Assembly (NCBI GenBank): GCA_028122735.1
Contig: JAOHSR010000002.1
Coordinates: 16,760-80,759 of the forward strand
DNA from: Flavobacteriales bacterium
GTDB lineage: Bacteria > Bacteroidota > Bacteroidia > Flavobacteriales > BACL11
Reading direction: 5' to 3'
DNA length: 64,000 bases
Made by a program: the position numbers and the translations under genes. The first letter of the stretch is position 1. The number at the start of each line of letters is the position of its first letter. The notes beneath the pieces are model-generated. The model saw only the letters and a program-made list of their open reading frames with translations. It was not told where the DNA came from and made no database searches. Below, one piece after another: positions 28,426 through 38,740 of the stretch.

Positions 28426-28435
28426 TATCTCGTTT

Positions 28436-29473
28436 TTAATTTAACTTTACTTTCTTATGTCTATGAAATATTCTCTTTTTCTTATTTTCTATACTAAGTA
28501 ATTTACGCTCTATTTCTGTAAGTTTTGACATTTCAACACAATCAAAAGAGCAACAGTTTTCATACTTATCTTTACACTTTTCACATTGAATAAACAACAA
28601 ATTACAGCTAACATTATTACAATTAGTATGCTCATCGCATGCATCATCGCACTGATGACACGAACTTATTATATCATCAGAAATTCGTTCTCCTCTTCTT
28701 TCATCAAAAACAAAATTCTTACCCACAAACTTATTTTCAATTTCAGGGTTTTCTTTCAACTGACGAACATAATCAATAATCCCCCCGTGTAGTTGATTAA
28801 CATCTTTAAAACCATGATGTTTTAAATAAGCAGATGCTTTCTCACAACGAATTCCTCCTGTACAATACAATAATACAGGGTTATCTTTTTTATCATCTAA
28901 AATTTCCTTTACTAATGGTAACTCCTCCTTAAAAGTTTCCACATCAGGACAAATCGCCCCTTCAAATCTACCAATTTCACTTTCGTAATGGTTGCGCATA
29001 TCTACAACTGTTGCCCCAGCATCTATTGCATTATTCCATTCTCTTGCATTTAAATGAGTGCCTACATTTGTAACATCATAGTCATCAATTGATAAACCAT
29101 CAGCCACAATTTTATTTCTTACCTTTATAGTTAATTTAAAAAAAGACTTTCCATTATCCTCTACAGCTATTTTAAAAGGTATATTTTCTAATACATCATA
29201 TTGATTTAAATCCTCAGCAAATTCCTTCCAGTTATGCTCAGGAACACTAATTTGAGCATTGATACCTTCTTGAGCAACATAAGTTCTTCCATAGACAGAA
29301 AAACTAGCCCATTTGGCAAATAAATCATCCCTAAATTGATAAGGGTCAGTAATTATAATATACTTGTAAAAAGAAACGGTAATTCTATTAAAATCTTCAT
29401 TGTCAAGGCGCTCTACAGCTTTTTCTTTACCTAATTTATTGAATAATTTTTTCTTACCGCCGTTAGGATCCAT
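28436..29473 (-). CDS. trhO: rhodanese-related tRNA uridine(34) hydroxylase TrhO (UPF0176)
   Basis: 345 aa from the ATG at 29473. Rhodanese loop YCTGGIRCEKAS and a Cys-rich C-terminal domain. A -7 box at 29493-29500 lies inside the longer ORF-track form. Confidence 0.88.
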   Translation of the reverse strand: MDPNGGKKKLFNKLGKEKAVERLDNEDFNRITVSFYKYIIITDPYQFRDDLFAKWASFSVYGRTYVAQEGINAQISVPEHNWKEFAEDLNQYDVLENIPFKIAVEDNGKSFFKLTIKVRNKIVADGLSIDDYDVTNVGTHLNAREWNNAIDAGATVVDMRNHYESEIGRFEGAICPDVETFKEELPLVKEILDDKKDNPVLLYCTGGIRCEKASAYLKHHGFKDVNQLHGGIIDYVRQLKENPEIENKFVGKNFVFDERRGERISDDIISSCHQCDDACDEHTNCNNVSCNLLFIQCEKCKDKYENCCSFDCVEMSKLTEIERKLLSIENKKKRIFHRHKKVKLN

Positions 29474-29492
29474 TTGGATGAAATTGTTAAGG

Positions 29493-29500
29493 CAAAAATA
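29493..29500 (-). promoter_or_regulatory. -7 box TATTTTTG
   Basis: Plus strand reads CAAAAATA. 19 nt upstream of the ATG at 29473. Confidence 0.4.
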
Positions 29501-29558
29501 CAAAACCATTATATTTAATGAAACCAAAAATTAATATTCTGGGTTAATACTATAGTAT

Positions 29559-29566
29559 TATATTTG
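29559..29566 (+). promoter_or_regulatory. -7 box TATATTTG
   Basis: 10 nt upstream of the ATG at 29577. Confidence 0.45.
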
Positions 29567-29576
29567 TAAAAAAAAG

Positions 29577-30530
29577 ATGCAAGACAAAATATTGGTAATT
29601 GGATCCTCTGGACAGATTGGTTCTGAACTTGTAGCAGAACTTCGTTCTAATTATGGGGATTCAAATGTAATAGCATCTGATATTGTAGCTTCAAATCAAA
29701 TTATAATGGACTCTGGTCCATTTGAAATATTAGACGTTACTGACTCTAAAAGATTATATGAAATTGTAAAAAAACACGAAGTAACTCATATTTATTTATT
29801 AGCTGCAATTTTATCTGCCAATGCTGAAAAAAAACCAAAGCTTTCATGGGACCTTAACATGCAATCACTTTTTAATGTCTTGGATTTAGCAAAAGACAAA
29901 ATAATTAAAAAAGTGTTTTGGCCATCATCTATTGCTGTTTTTGGCCCAAATACTGAAAAAATTAAAACACAACAATACACAATCACTGAGCCAAATACTG
30001 TTTATGGAATCAGTAAGCTTGCTGGAGAAAGATGGTGTGAGTATTATTTTAACAAACATAATGTTGATGTTGTTTCTTTAAGATATCCAGGACTTATTGG
30101 TTGGAAATCTAATCCAGGAGGAGGAACAACCGATTATGCGGTACATATATTTCATGAAGCCATAAAAAATAAAAAGTATACTTCTTTTTTAACTAAAGAT
30201 ACCACTCTACCTATGATGTACATGTCTGATGCCATTAATGCTACATTAAAAATAATGCAAACAGATTCAGGTAAAATTAAAATAAGATCTTCATATAATA
30301 TTGCCGGTTGCAGTTTTAATCCTGAAGAACTAGCAAATGAAATCCAGTCTTATATTCCAGATTTTAAAATATCATATAATAAAGACTATAGGCAAAAAAT
30401 TGCTGATTCATGGCCTGATAGCTTAGAAGATTCTCTTGCAAAAGATCATTGGGGATGGCAAGCAGAGTATAATATGCGGAAATTAGTAAAAGAAATGATC
30501 GAAAATTTGCATAAAAAATACAATTGTTAA
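29577..30530 (+). CDS. NAD-dependent epimerase/dehydratase-fold enzyme, probably short-chain L-threonine 3-dehydrogenase
   Basis: 317 aa. Rossmann [12 protein letters not shown] and catalytic YGISK. The TDH assignment comes from remembered similarity and is not verified. Confidence 0.75.
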   Translation: MQDKILVIGSSGQIGSELVAELRSNYGDSNVIASDIVASNQIIMDSGPFEILDVTDSKRLYEIVKKHEVTHIYLLAAILSANAEKKPKLSWDLNMQSLFNVLDLAKDKIIKKVFWPSSIAVFGPNTEKIKTQQYTITEPNTVYGISKLAGERWCEYYFNKHNVDVVSLRYPGLIGWKSNPGGGTTDYAVHIFHEAIKNKKYTSFLTKDTTLPMMYMSDAINATLKIMQTDSGKIKIRSSYNIAGCSFNPEELANEIQSYIPDFKISYNKDYRQKIADSWPDSLEDSLAKDHWGWQAEYNMRKLVKEMIENLHKKYNC

Positions 30531-30531
30531 G

Positions 30532-32001
30532 ATGAAAGAAAATATAATCATATACAATAGTCTCAGCAGAAAAAAAGAGGTGTTAAAGCCTATAGTTGAA
30601 AATTACATAGGCATGTACGTATGTGGCCCTACAGTATATGGAGATCCTCATTTAGGTCATGCAAGACCGGCAATTACATTTGATGTTGTTTTTAGATATT
30701 TAAAGTGGTGTGGGTTTAAAGTTAGATATGTTAGAAATATTACAGATGCTGGGCACTTAGAAAATGATGCGGATGAAGGTGAAGATAAAATTGCAAAAAA
30801 AGCTAGAATTGAAGAGTTAGAGCCAATGGAAGTTGCTCAATACTATACTCAAAGCTATCATCATGCTATGAATCTTTTAAATTGTCTACCCCCATCAATT
30901 GAGCCAAGAGCAACTGGGCATATTATTGAGCAAATTGAAATGGTACAAAAAATCATAAAAAATGGTTTGGCGTATGAAAAAAATGGATCTGTATATCTTG
31001 ATGTTAATAAATACAATAAGCAATTTTCTTATGGAACGCTTTCCGGAAGGAATCTTAAAGACACACTTTCCGGAACAAGAGAATTGGATAGTCAATCTGA
31101 AAAGAAAAGCCCTGTAGATTTTGCAATTTGGAAGAAAGCCTCAAAAGAACATATCATGCAATGGCCATCACCATGGGGAAATGGATTTCCAGGATGGCAT
31201 ATGGAATGTTCGGCGATGTCTGAAAAATATTTAGGTAAAACTTTTGACATTCATGGTGGAGGAATGGACCTTGTTTTTCCGCATCATGAAGCTGAAATTA
31301 CTCAAAGTAATGCGTGCAATAATTGCAACCCTGTTAATTATTGGATGCATAATAATATGATAACTATTGATGGGAAAAAAATGGGTAAATCTTTAGGAAA
31401 CTTTATAAATCTTGAAGAATTTTTTACTGGAAAACATGAAAAAATTGACAAAGCATACTCTCCAATGACAATACGTTTTTTCATGTTACAAGCTCATTAT
31501 AGAAGCACACTAGATTTTGGTAATAAGGCGCTACAAGCAGCTGAAAAAGGCTTAAATAAATTATTAGAAGCTAAAAATACTCTTAAACAATTATTACCTA
31601 CTAAAACATCTACATTTAATGTCAATGATTTAGAGAAAAAATGTTTTGAGGCAATTAATGATGATTTTAATACTCCAATTTTATTAGCAAATCTTTTTGA
31701 AGGAGTAAAGATAATTAACTCAATTAAAGACCGAAAAGCTGAATTAAACGCTGAAGATTTAAACAATTTAAAAAATCTCTTTGATGTCTTTATTGATAAA
31801 ATATTGGGTCTAAAAGAACAAGAAGTTGTACAATCAAATGATATTTCAGATGATATTATGGAAGTAATCTTTAGCATAAGAAACAATGCAAAAAAGAATA
31901 AAGATTTTAAAACCGCAGACTTTATTCGTGATGAGCTTAAGAAAAAAGGAATACAAATAAAAGACTCGAGAGATAGTAGTAGTTGGTCTCAAGAAAAATA
32001 A
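30532..32001 (+). CDS. cysS: cysteine--tRNA ligase
   Basis: 489 aa. HLGHARP (HIGH motif), KMGKSLGN (KMSKS motif), and zinc-binding Cys/His. Confidence 0.96.
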   Translation: MKENIIIYNSLSRKKEVLKPIVENYIGMYVCGPTVYGDPHLGHARPAITFDVVFRYLKWCGFKVRYVRNITDAGHLENDADEGEDKIAKKARIEELEPMEVAQYYTQSYHHAMNLLNCLPPSIEPRATGHIIEQIEMVQKIIKNGLAYEKNGSVYLDVNKYNKQFSYGTLSGRNLKDTLSGTRELDSQSEKKSPVDFAIWKKASKEHIMQWPSPWGNGFPGWHMECSAMSEKYLGKTFDIHGGGMDLVFPHHEAEITQSNACNNCNPVNYWMHNNMITIDGKKMGKSLGNFINLEEFFTGKHEKIDKAYSPMTIRFFMLQAHYRSTLDFGNKALQAAEKGLNKLLEAKNTLKQLLPTKTSTFNVNDLEKKCFEAINDDFNTPILLANLFEGVKIINSIKDRKAELNAEDLNNLKNLFDVFIDKILGLKEQEVVQSNDISDDIMEVIFSIRNNAKKNKDFKTADFIRDELKKKGIQIKDSRDSSSWSQEK

Positions 32002-32009
32002 CTTCTCAT

Positions 32010-32981
32010 ATGAGATTAATTGGATTTCTGATACTATTTATAACGATAATCGCTTGCAACTCTAATAATAAGAATGTCGTTGAAAAAAAACCAAAAATTA
32101 AAATAGAGGTTCCCAATTTTAATAGTGATAGTGCATATTTTTTTGTAGAACAGCAGGTGAGTTTTGGTCCAAGAGTTATAAGCTCAAAAGCATGGGATCA
32201 ATGTTCTAAATATTTAACAAACAAGCTAGAATCATATGGTGCAAAAGTTATTGTTCAGCAAGCACCAATCACTACATATGATCAAAAGAAACACATACTA
32301 AGAAATATTATTGGTAGCTACTCACCTGAAAAAAACAATCGGATTGCTCTTTTTGCTCATTGGGACTCTAGACATGTTGCTGATTATGACACCATAAATA
32401 CCTCAAAGCCAATTCTTGGCGCAAATGATGGTGGTAGTGGAGTTGCTGTATTGTTAGAAATTGCTAGAAATATAAATATAAAGAACCCAAAAATTGGAGT
32501 GGATATAATCTTTTTTGATGCTGAAGATTATGGTCAGCCTGAAAACTCAAAGTTTCCAAATATGAACGATTCCTGGTGTCTTGGTTCTCAGTACTGGTCA
32601 AAAAATCCTCATAAGCAGAATTATTTTGCCAAATACGGTGTTTTACTAGATATGGTTGGAGGTAAAGATGCTGAGTTTTGGCAAGAAGGTATATCTTCAT
32701 ATTATGCCTCTAACATTATAAAAAAGGTGTGGGATGTTGCTCATAATATTGGCTACTCTAATTTTTTTATTTACAAAAAGAGTCCTCAAATTATGGATGA
32801 TCATTATTATGTAAATACAATTGCAGGCATACCTACTATTGATATTATAGAGTATGACCCTTTTTCAAAAACAAATTTTAATAAACATTGGCACACCCAC
32901 GCTGATAATATGAATAATGTTGATCGAAAAACACTTAAGGCCGTTGGACAAACAGTTATGAGAGTTATTTACTCTCAATAA
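32010..32981 (+). CDS. M28-family lipoprotein, glutaminyl-peptide cyclotransferase-like
   Basis: 323 aa from the ATG at 32010. Lipobox ITIIAC. HWDSRHVAD, GANDGGSGVAVLLEIAR and FFDAEDYG metal-site motifs. Confidence 0.78.
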   Translation: MRLIGFLILFITIIACNSNNKNVVEKKPKIKIEVPNFNSDSAYFFVEQQVSFGPRVISSKAWDQCSKYLTNKLESYGAKVIVQQAPITTYDQKKHILRNIIGSYSPEKNNRIALFAHWDSRHVADYDTINTSKPILGANDGGSGVAVLLEIARNINIKNPKIGVDIIFFDAEDYGQPENSKFPNMNDSWCLGSQYWSKNPHKQNYFAKYGVLLDMVGGKDAEFWQEGISSYYASNIIKKVWDVAHNIGYSNFFIYKKSPQIMDDHYYVNTIAGIPTIDIIEYDPFSKTNFNKHWHTHADNMNNVDRKTLKAVGQTVMRVIYSQ

Positions 32982-33320
32982 CTATTGCTCATCACACCCC
33001 TGAATATAAGTGATTTCAAAATCATGAACTAATAGGTTTTCTTTACTTTTCTCAAATTTTACATCAATTTCTAGTGGAAAATATTCCATTTCAGTAACTG
33101 ACATATACAGTTCTATTAACTCAAGAGAGTCTTCATTTAAAAAATGAATAACATTTTCTTCTAAAGACACTTCGTCTTTGTAAAGATGGAGTCCCTCACC
33201 ATAAATCCACCAACCTGAGGAGGTATAGATTTCAATATCTTTATCTTTTCTTTGACTATCATAATTACATGATTGCACAATAAAAAAAATTACGATTATT
33301 AGATAAGTAGTAAATTTCAT
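32982..33320 (-). CDS. small lipoprotein, function unknown
   Basis: 112 aa with lipobox IVQSC. Lies 2 nt downstream of nadD on the same strand. Its stop abuts the convergent gene's stop with no gap. Confidence 0.5.
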   Translation of the reverse strand: MKFTTYLIIVIFFIVQSCNYDSQRKDKDIEIYTSSGWWIYGEGLHLYKDEVSLEENVIHFLNEDSLELIELYMSVTEMEYFPLEIDVKFEKSKENLLVHDFEITYIQGCDEQ

Positions 33321-33322
33321 TT

Positions 33323-33892
33323 TTATTTATAAAAGTTCATTTCTTCAATATACTTGAAGGCATGCTGAGGTATTAAGCTAGAAACATCTTTACCCATTTT
33401 AATTGCATTTCTTATAAAGCTTGCTGAAATTTCCATTTTTGGAACATCTTTAATAACAGTAATATTCTTGTGAAATTCATTAACTTCATAATTATTTCTT
33501 GGATAAACATATATTTGATAATTATCCAGAATCTCATTGTAGTTTTTCCACTTATTTATATTCTTTAAGTTATCAGAACCCATTATGAGAACAAAATTAT
33601 CATTTGGATGTTTTTCTGATAAATGAATCAACGTGTCAATAGTGTATGACGGTTGTGGTAATGAGAATTCTATATTTGAGACTGAAAGATTTACATCCTG
33701 ATCAATTTCTCTATCAATTATTTGGTAGCGATGATTTTGATCTAGTAATGATGATTTTTCCTTTAATGGATTTTGAGGAGAGACAACAAACCAAAGCTGA
33801 TTTAAATCAGTAAACTGAGTAAGGTATGAGCCAATTACCTTATGACCAATATGAAATGGGTTAAATGAACCAAAAAACAAACCGATTTTCAT
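33323..33892 (-). CDS. nadD: nicotinate-nucleotide adenylyltransferase
   Basis: 189 aa. GLFFGSFNPFHIGH (HxGH) and the ISASFIR (ISSTxxR-type) motif. Confidence 0.92.
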   Translation of the reverse strand: MKIGLFFGSFNPFHIGHKVIGSYLTQFTDLNQLWFVVSPQNPLKEKSSLLDQNHRYQIIDREIDQDVNLSVSNIEFSLPQPSYTIDTLIHLSEKHPNDNFVLIMGSDNLKNINKWKNYNEILDNYQIYVYPRNNYEVNEFHKNITVIKDVPKMEISASFIRNAIKMGKDVSSLIPQHAFKYIEEMNFYK

Positions 33893-34458
33893 TACTTATT
33901 TAAAAAATTAGTTATCAAGTTTAATGTTTCATCACAGGCTAGCTCGAAATTATCATTTATAATAACAAAGTCAAATTGATCTTTATAATTCATCTCTTCT
34001 TCAAACTTTTGGGTTCTATACTCTAAACTATTATCTTCTTCGGTGCCTCTGTTTAACAATCTATTTTTCAATTCCTCTAATGAAGGTGGCATAATAAAAA
34101 TAGAAATACAATTATTTTGAAATTTACTTTTAATATTAAGCCCACCCTTAACATCAACATCAAAGATGACGTGCTTACCTCTTTCCCAAATTGTTGTAAC
34201 TGAATAAAAAGGAGTTCCGTAAAATTGATCAGGATACACCTCTTCCCATTCCAAAAAAAAGCCTTTATCTATTTTTTCTTTAAAATCAGAAGTACTTAAA
34301 AAATGATAGTTTTTTCCATTCACCTCAGCAGGTCTCTGTTTCCTATTACATGATGAAATAGCAAATTCAATAGAATTAATTTTAGCTAAAATAAAGTTAA
34401 CAATAGAAGTTTTACCTGCTCCTGATGGAGCTGATATGACAATAGATTTACCTTCCAC
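33892..34458 (-). CDS. gmk: guanylate kinase
   Basis: 188 aa with P-loop SAPSGAGKTS and the guanylate kinase core. Confidence 0.93.
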   Translation of the reverse strand: MEGKSIVISAPSGAGKTSIVNFILAKINSIEFAISSCNRKQRPAEVNGKNYHFLSTSDFKEKIDKGFFLEWEEVYPDQFYGTPFYSVTTIWERGKHVIFDVDVKGGLNIKSKFQNNCISIFIMPPSLEELKNRLLNRGTEEDNSLEYRTQKFEEEMNYKDQFDFVIINDNFELACDETLNLITNFLNK

Positions 34459-35324
34459 TACAATACATTTAATAATTGTTCTTTAATTTTTTCAAGCTCA
34501 TCTTTCATCTGAACAACAATTTTCTGCATCTCAGCATCAGATGATTTAGATCCAATTGTGTTGATTTCTCTTCCTATTTCCTGAGAAATAAAACCAAGTT
34601 TTTTTCCATTTGGAGACTCTGAACTTATTGTTTGAATAAAATAATCTAAATGAGCTTTTAAACGAACTTTCTCTTCAGTTATATCCTGCTTTTCTAGATA
34701 ATATATCAGCTCCTGTTCAAGTCTATTCTCATCAATATTATTAATTTTTAGATCATTTATCTTATTCAATAAATTTTCTTTTACCCTTTCAATTCTTGCT
34801 TTTGCATATGGAGTTATTTCTTCTAAAAAATCAATAATTAAATTAATTCTCAAAATAACATCTTTTTCTAATTTATTTCCCTCTACTAATCTAAACTGTA
34901 TTAATTCATCAACTGCTGTATTTATTCCCCTGAAAACTTCTAACCATTCATCGTTGTCTAATTTTGCGTCGTCTTTTTGTAGAATATTAGGCATCTTAAG
35001 TAAAGCTGGAAATATATCTGACTCAATTCCTAAGTCTTTTTTGAGATTTAAAATTTGTTGATGATAGTTCTTAATTAAAGGAATATTTAATTTGTGACTA
35101 TTTTGAATTTCAGAACTTTCTTTCCAAACAGAGAGTTCTATTTTACCTCTTTTCAGTTTTGTAGAAAGTAGGTTTTTTAGCTCGATCTCTTTTTCTCTAT
35201 AAACAGAGGAGATTTTAATGTTAGTGTCAAGTTGTTTGGAGTTTAAAGATTTAACCTCAATATTAAAATTTGCATACTGCAAATTTAATTGACACTTACC
35301 AAATCCCGTCATGGAATAAATCAT
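34458..35324 (-). CDS. yicC: YicC-family stress-induced protein
   Basis: 288 aa. MTGFG N-terminus and C-terminal REINTIGSKS, then VVQMKDELEKIKEQLLNV. Confidence 0.88.
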   Translation of the reverse strand: MIYSMTGFGKCQLNLQYANFNIEVKSLNSKQLDTNIKISSVYREKEIELKNLLSTKLKRGKIELSVWKESSEIQNSHKLNIPLIKNYHQQILNLKKDLGIESDIFPALLKMPNILQKDDAKLDNDEWLEVFRGINTAVDELIQFRLVEGNKLEKDVILRINLIIDFLEEITPYAKARIERVKENLLNKINDLKINNIDENRLEQELIYYLEKQDITEEKVRLKAHLDYFIQTISSESPNGKKLGFISQEIGREINTIGSKSSDAEMQKIVVQMKDELEKIKEQLLNVL

Positions 35325-35355
35325 AGCAATCTTTTTTTAAGCAAATCTATAAAAG

Positions 35356-36252
35356 TTAATTCGTAATAACTTTTTTTGATGGTATACTTACCAAAAATAC
35401 AGCTGAAAATATAAAAATTGCAGAAAGAATCTTAACCAAGCTTAAAGTGTCACTATTTAAAGCTATCGCAATTAATGATGCTAATAATGGTTGTAAGTAA
35501 ATATATACGCTAACCACAGATGGGTTGAGAGATTTTAAAGCAAATGCATTAAACATGTACGCAATAAAAGTAGTACAAATCACAACAAAGCCAATTTTTA
35601 AATAAATCTCTTCATTAAAAGTGGTAAAATCTATTTTTTGAATTTCATCAATACCAAAAGGAAGTACAAATATTAGACCAAAAATAAAGACATAAAACAT
35701 TACAGTAATCGGATTATATCTTTTCATTAGAGTTTTAACCAATACTAAATAAATCGCATAACTGGTTGCGTTAATCAAAACCAAAATATTACCTGTAAAA
35801 AAATCATTTTTAAAGCTTATATCACCAGAATTTAATATTAATATACAAGCCCCTATGAGACCTAAAAATATTCCAATTATTTTTCTTACAGTGATTTTTT
35901 CCTTGATGATAATTGCAGAGGTTATAATTACTAAAACCGGACTTATTGTCATTATGATTGCTGCATTAATTGGAGTAGTAAGATTTAATCCTTCGAAGAA
36001 AAATAATTGATTTATTGCAACGCCAAACAAACCACAAAGCATTAATCTAAAAAAATCCTTCTTTTTAACTCTCTCCTTAACAATGAAAAAATATATAAAA
36101 AAAAACAATATACTTCCTCCAATGACTCTTAACAAAATAAAGCCTGAGGGTTCAATGTATTCTGGCATTACATCTTTTGCGATTGTATAATTTAAAGCAT
36201 AAATTAAATTAACAATAATAAGAGCAACATGAGATAAAAAAATTCTGTTCAA
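35356..36252 (-). CDS. DMT/EamA-family transporter
   Basis: About 10 TM in two EamA repeats. I place the start at TTG 36252 (MNRIFLSHVAL...). The ORF-track ATG at 36417 would overlap the divergent PLP-enzyme gene by 81 nt. Confidence 0.75.
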   Translation of the reverse strand: MNRIFLSHVALIIVNLIYALNYTIAKDVMPEYIEPSGFILLRVIGGSILFFFIYFFIVKERVKKKDFFRLMLCGLFGVAINQLFFFEGLNLTTPINAAIIMTISPVLVIITSAIIIKEKITVRKIIGIFLGLIGACILILNSGDISFKNDFFTGNILVLINATSYAIYLVLVKTLMKRYNPITVMFYVFIFGLIFVLPFGIDEIQKIDFTTFNEEIYLKIGFVVICTTFIAYMFNAFALKSLNPSVVSVYIYLQPLLASLIAIALNSDTLSLVKILSAIFIFSAVFLVSIPSKKVITN

Positions 36253-36300
36253 AGAGATATATAATTGTTTGTAAAAACAGTTTTCACACCGTCTTTTTAA

Positions 36301-36308
36301 TATTTTTG
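36301..36308 (+). promoter_or_regulatory. -7 box TATTTTTG
   Basis: 28 nt upstream of the ATG at 36337. Confidence 0.4.
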
Positions 36309-36336
36309 TAAAAGTAAATAATCTAAAATCTAAGCA

Positions 36337-37482
36337 ATGAAATTTGGCACAAAAACTATACACGCAGGTCAAAAGGCTGATCCTACAACAGGCGCTATTA
36401 TGACGCCGATCTATCAAACATCAACATACATTCAAAACAAGCCTGGAGATCATAAGGGATATGAATATTCAAGAACTGCCAATCCTACACGAACTGCTTT
36501 GGAAAATAATCTTGCAGCATTAGAAAACGGAAAATTCGGATTATGTTTTGGTAGTGGATTAGCGGCGGTTGATTCTATTATTAAACTGTTAAGTCCTGGA
36601 GATGAGGTGATTTCTACAAATGATTTATATGGCGGAACATATAGAATTTTTACAAAAGTTTTTGAAGGGCTTGGAATTAAATTTCACTTCACGGGTATGG
36701 ATAATATTGATAAAATTTCTTCACTAGTAAACGAAAATACAAAGATGGTTTGGGCAGAAACACCAACAAATCCAATGTTAAATATTATAGATATTCAAGC
36801 ACTATCAAATATCTCAAAAGAAAATAATTTAATTTTAGTTGTTGATAATACATTTGCCACTCCTTATCTACAGACTCCACTTGATTTAGGCGCTGATATT
36901 GTCATGCATTCCTTAACAAAGTATATGGGCGGTCACTCTGATGTGGTTATGGGTGCGGCAATATGTAATGATGAAAAATTAGCTGAAAAATTATATTTTC
37001 TTCAAAATAGTTGTGGTGCAGTACCTGGACCACAAGATTCTTTTCTTGTTCTTAGAGGAATAAAAACACTACATGTTAGAATGCAAAGACATTGTGAAAA
37101 TGGCAAAATAATTGCTGAATTTTTGCAAAAAAACCCAAAAGTTAATAATGTTTACTGGCCTGGTTTTGAGAATCATACAAATCATGATATTGCAAAGAAA
37201 CAAATGAATGATTATGGTGGAATGATATCTTTTGATATTGTTGGTAACAAGCTTGAAGATGCTGTAACTGTAGTTTCAAATACACATTTTTTTACTCTTG
37301 CTGAAAGTCTTGGTGGTGTGGAATCACTAATTGGACATCCAGCTAGTATGACTCATGCAGCTATTCCAAAAGAAGAAAGAGAGAGAACAGGTGTGGTTGA
37401 CTCTCTTATTAGACTAAGTGTTGGAATTGAGGATGTTGATGACCTTGTTAGCGATTTAAAACAGGCTATTGATAAGGTATAA
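36337..37482 (+). CDS. PLP-dependent Cys/Met-metabolism enzyme (cystathionine gamma-lyase/beta-lyase/gamma-synthase family)
   Basis: 381 aa with PLP-lysine motif HSLTKYMGGHSD and LGGVESL. Confidence 0.9.
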   Translation: MKFGTKTIHAGQKADPTTGAIMTPIYQTSTYIQNKPGDHKGYEYSRTANPTRTALENNLAALENGKFGLCFGSGLAAVDSIIKLLSPGDEVISTNDLYGGTYRIFTKVFEGLGIKFHFTGMDNIDKISSLVNENTKMVWAETPTNPMLNIIDIQALSNISKENNLILVVDNTFATPYLQTPLDLGADIVMHSLTKYMGGHSDVVMGAAICNDEKLAEKLYFLQNSCGAVPGPQDSFLVLRGIKTLHVRMQRHCENGKIIAEFLQKNPKVNNVYWPGFENHTNHDIAKKQMNDYGGMISFDIVGNKLEDAVTVVSNTHFFTLAESLGGVESLIGHPASMTHAAIPKEERERTGVVDSLIRLSVGIEDVDDLVSDLKQAIDKV

Positions 37483-38195
37483 TGAAAAATTATGCTTTAA
37501 TTACAGGTAGTAGTAAGGGTATTGGTAAGGAGCTAAGCTTGTTATTCTTGCAAAAAGGATACACAGTATTTGGATATTCTAGAACCAATAGTATTAAGCA
37601 TAAAAACTTTCATTTTAATCAAATAGATCTTTCAAATGTAAAAAATTTAGAAAGCATTAATTTTCCTAAAGTTGATGAAAACGAACATGTATGTCTAATT
37701 AATAATGCGGGAGAAATTGGTGAGATTGATAAATTTGGAAATAAGAAAACAAATGACATCATTAATGAGTTTAATCTTAATACAATTGCACCTTCTATAT
37801 TATGTAATTCATTTATAAGAAGCTATCAAAATAAATCAAATCATCCAATGATAATTAATATTAGCTCAGGGGCAGCGCTAAGACCAATTGAATCTTGGGG
37901 AACCTACTGTCAAAGCAAAGCTGCATTAGATATGCTGACTAAAATAATTAATCAAGAACAAAATTCAATAAAAGCATATTCCATATATCCAGGTGTGGTT
38001 GACACTGAAATGCAAAAAAAAATAAGAGATACAGATATAGAAAAATTTGCTCTTAAAGATATTTTTGTTGAGTATTTCAGAAATAATGAATTGGTTGATC
38101 CAAAAATAATTTCTGAGAAAATATACCATATAATATCAAATTTGGACTTGTTTGAGGATAATATGGTCTCATTACGTGACTTGTCAATAAAATAG
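37482..38195 (+). CDS. short-chain dehydrogenase/reductase (SDR)
   Basis: 237 aa. ITGSSKGIGK, NNAG, and catalytic YCQSKAA. TAATG junction with the upstream gene. Confidence 0.85.
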   Translation: MKNYALITGSSKGIGKELSLLFLQKGYTVFGYSRTNSIKHKNFHFNQIDLSNVKNLESINFPKVDENEHVCLINNAGEIGEIDKFGNKKTNDIINEFNLNTIAPSILCNSFIRSYQNKSNHPMIINISSGAALRPIESWGTYCQSKAALDMLTKIINQEQNSIKAYSIYPGVVDTEMQKKIRDTDIEKFALKDIFVEYFRNNELVDPKIISEKIYHIISNLDLFEDNMVSLRDLSIK

Positions 38196-38453
38196 AGTGA
38201 AATCTATTAAAAACCTATCAAAAAAACACTTAACAAACTGTTTTACAACAACTTAAAAGCTTTTGCAATTTTTAACAATAAAATGTGTACAAACCCAATT
38301 ACAAATATAAATTTTAATACCATTAATTTGCCATAAAACTCTGTTTATCATTGTTTTATAAAGTTTTAGCATCAGTTTTTTTGGTTTGATTTTGCAAATA
38401 GTGTTTTAAAATATTTTTAATTATAAATTCTAAGACTAAGGTGTTTTCTTTTC

Positions 38454-38461
38454 TATGTTTG
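38454..38461 (+). promoter_or_regulatory. -7 box TATGTTTG
   Basis: 28 nt upstream of the ATG at 38490. Confidence 0.4.
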
Positions 38462-38489
38462 CTGACAGTATTAACCAAAATTTTAAATT

Positions 38490-38717
38490 ATGGACAATGT
38501 ATTTAAGTATTTCAATGGCTTTTTCAAAGGCTTAACTGGATTAATAATGACTGTTTTAGGTCTAGGAGTAGCTGTAGAAATCCTTTTCGGAGGAGGCTCA
38601 ATGTTTGGGCTAACAGTTATTGATAATGTAATGGCAGTAATCAATGGATTAGGCGGAGCAGGATTTGCTGGCTTAGTTGGATTATGTGTTTTATTCTCAC
38701 TTTTAACTGCTAAGTAA
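38490..38717 (+). CDS. small 2-TM Gly-rich membrane protein, function unknown
   Basis: 75 aa. Amphipathic N-terminus and two hydrophobic helices (GLGGAGFAGLVGL Gly-zipper-like). It has its own -7 box and a strong terminator. Confidence 0.55.
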   Translation: MDNVFKYFNGFFKGLTGLIMTVLGLGVAVEILFGGGSMFGLTVIDNVMAVINGLGGAGFAGLVGLCVLFSLLTAK

Positions 38718-38740
38718 GAATATTAATTATGTTTTAATAT

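Noticed and set aside
29474-29527. N-terminal extensions suggested by the ORF track: trhO to 29527, EamA transporter to 36417, cox IV to 23735, aspS to 18179, polA to 41820, lepA to 42815, sdhC to 53882, M28/QC to 31983, and sufA-like to 56476.
   Set aside because: The conserved N-termini begin at downstream ATG (or TTG) codons. The extensions overlap neighbouring genes or contain the gene's own -7 box, and their translations are not protein-like.
31497-31886. 129-aa antisense ORF inside cysS, and similar antisense ORFs in sufB (57633-57961), polA (39938-41678), lepA (43615-44390), ctaD (25717-25944) and sdhA (51248-52060).
   Set aside because: The host genes are unambiguous conserved enzymes. 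The antisense translations are Ser/Leu/Phe/Lys-rich with no recognisable features. Long antisense frames are expected in AT-rich genes that have few sense-strand codons complementary to stops.
38253-38372. 39-aa minus-strand ORF with three Cys (MLKLYKTMINRVLWQINGIKIYICNWVCTHFIVKNCKSF) in the 294-nt gap.
   Set aside because: There is no upstream promoter box, and a minus-strand -7 box lies inside it rather than before it. Its composition is what random AT-rich sequence gives, so I cannot support it without conservation data.
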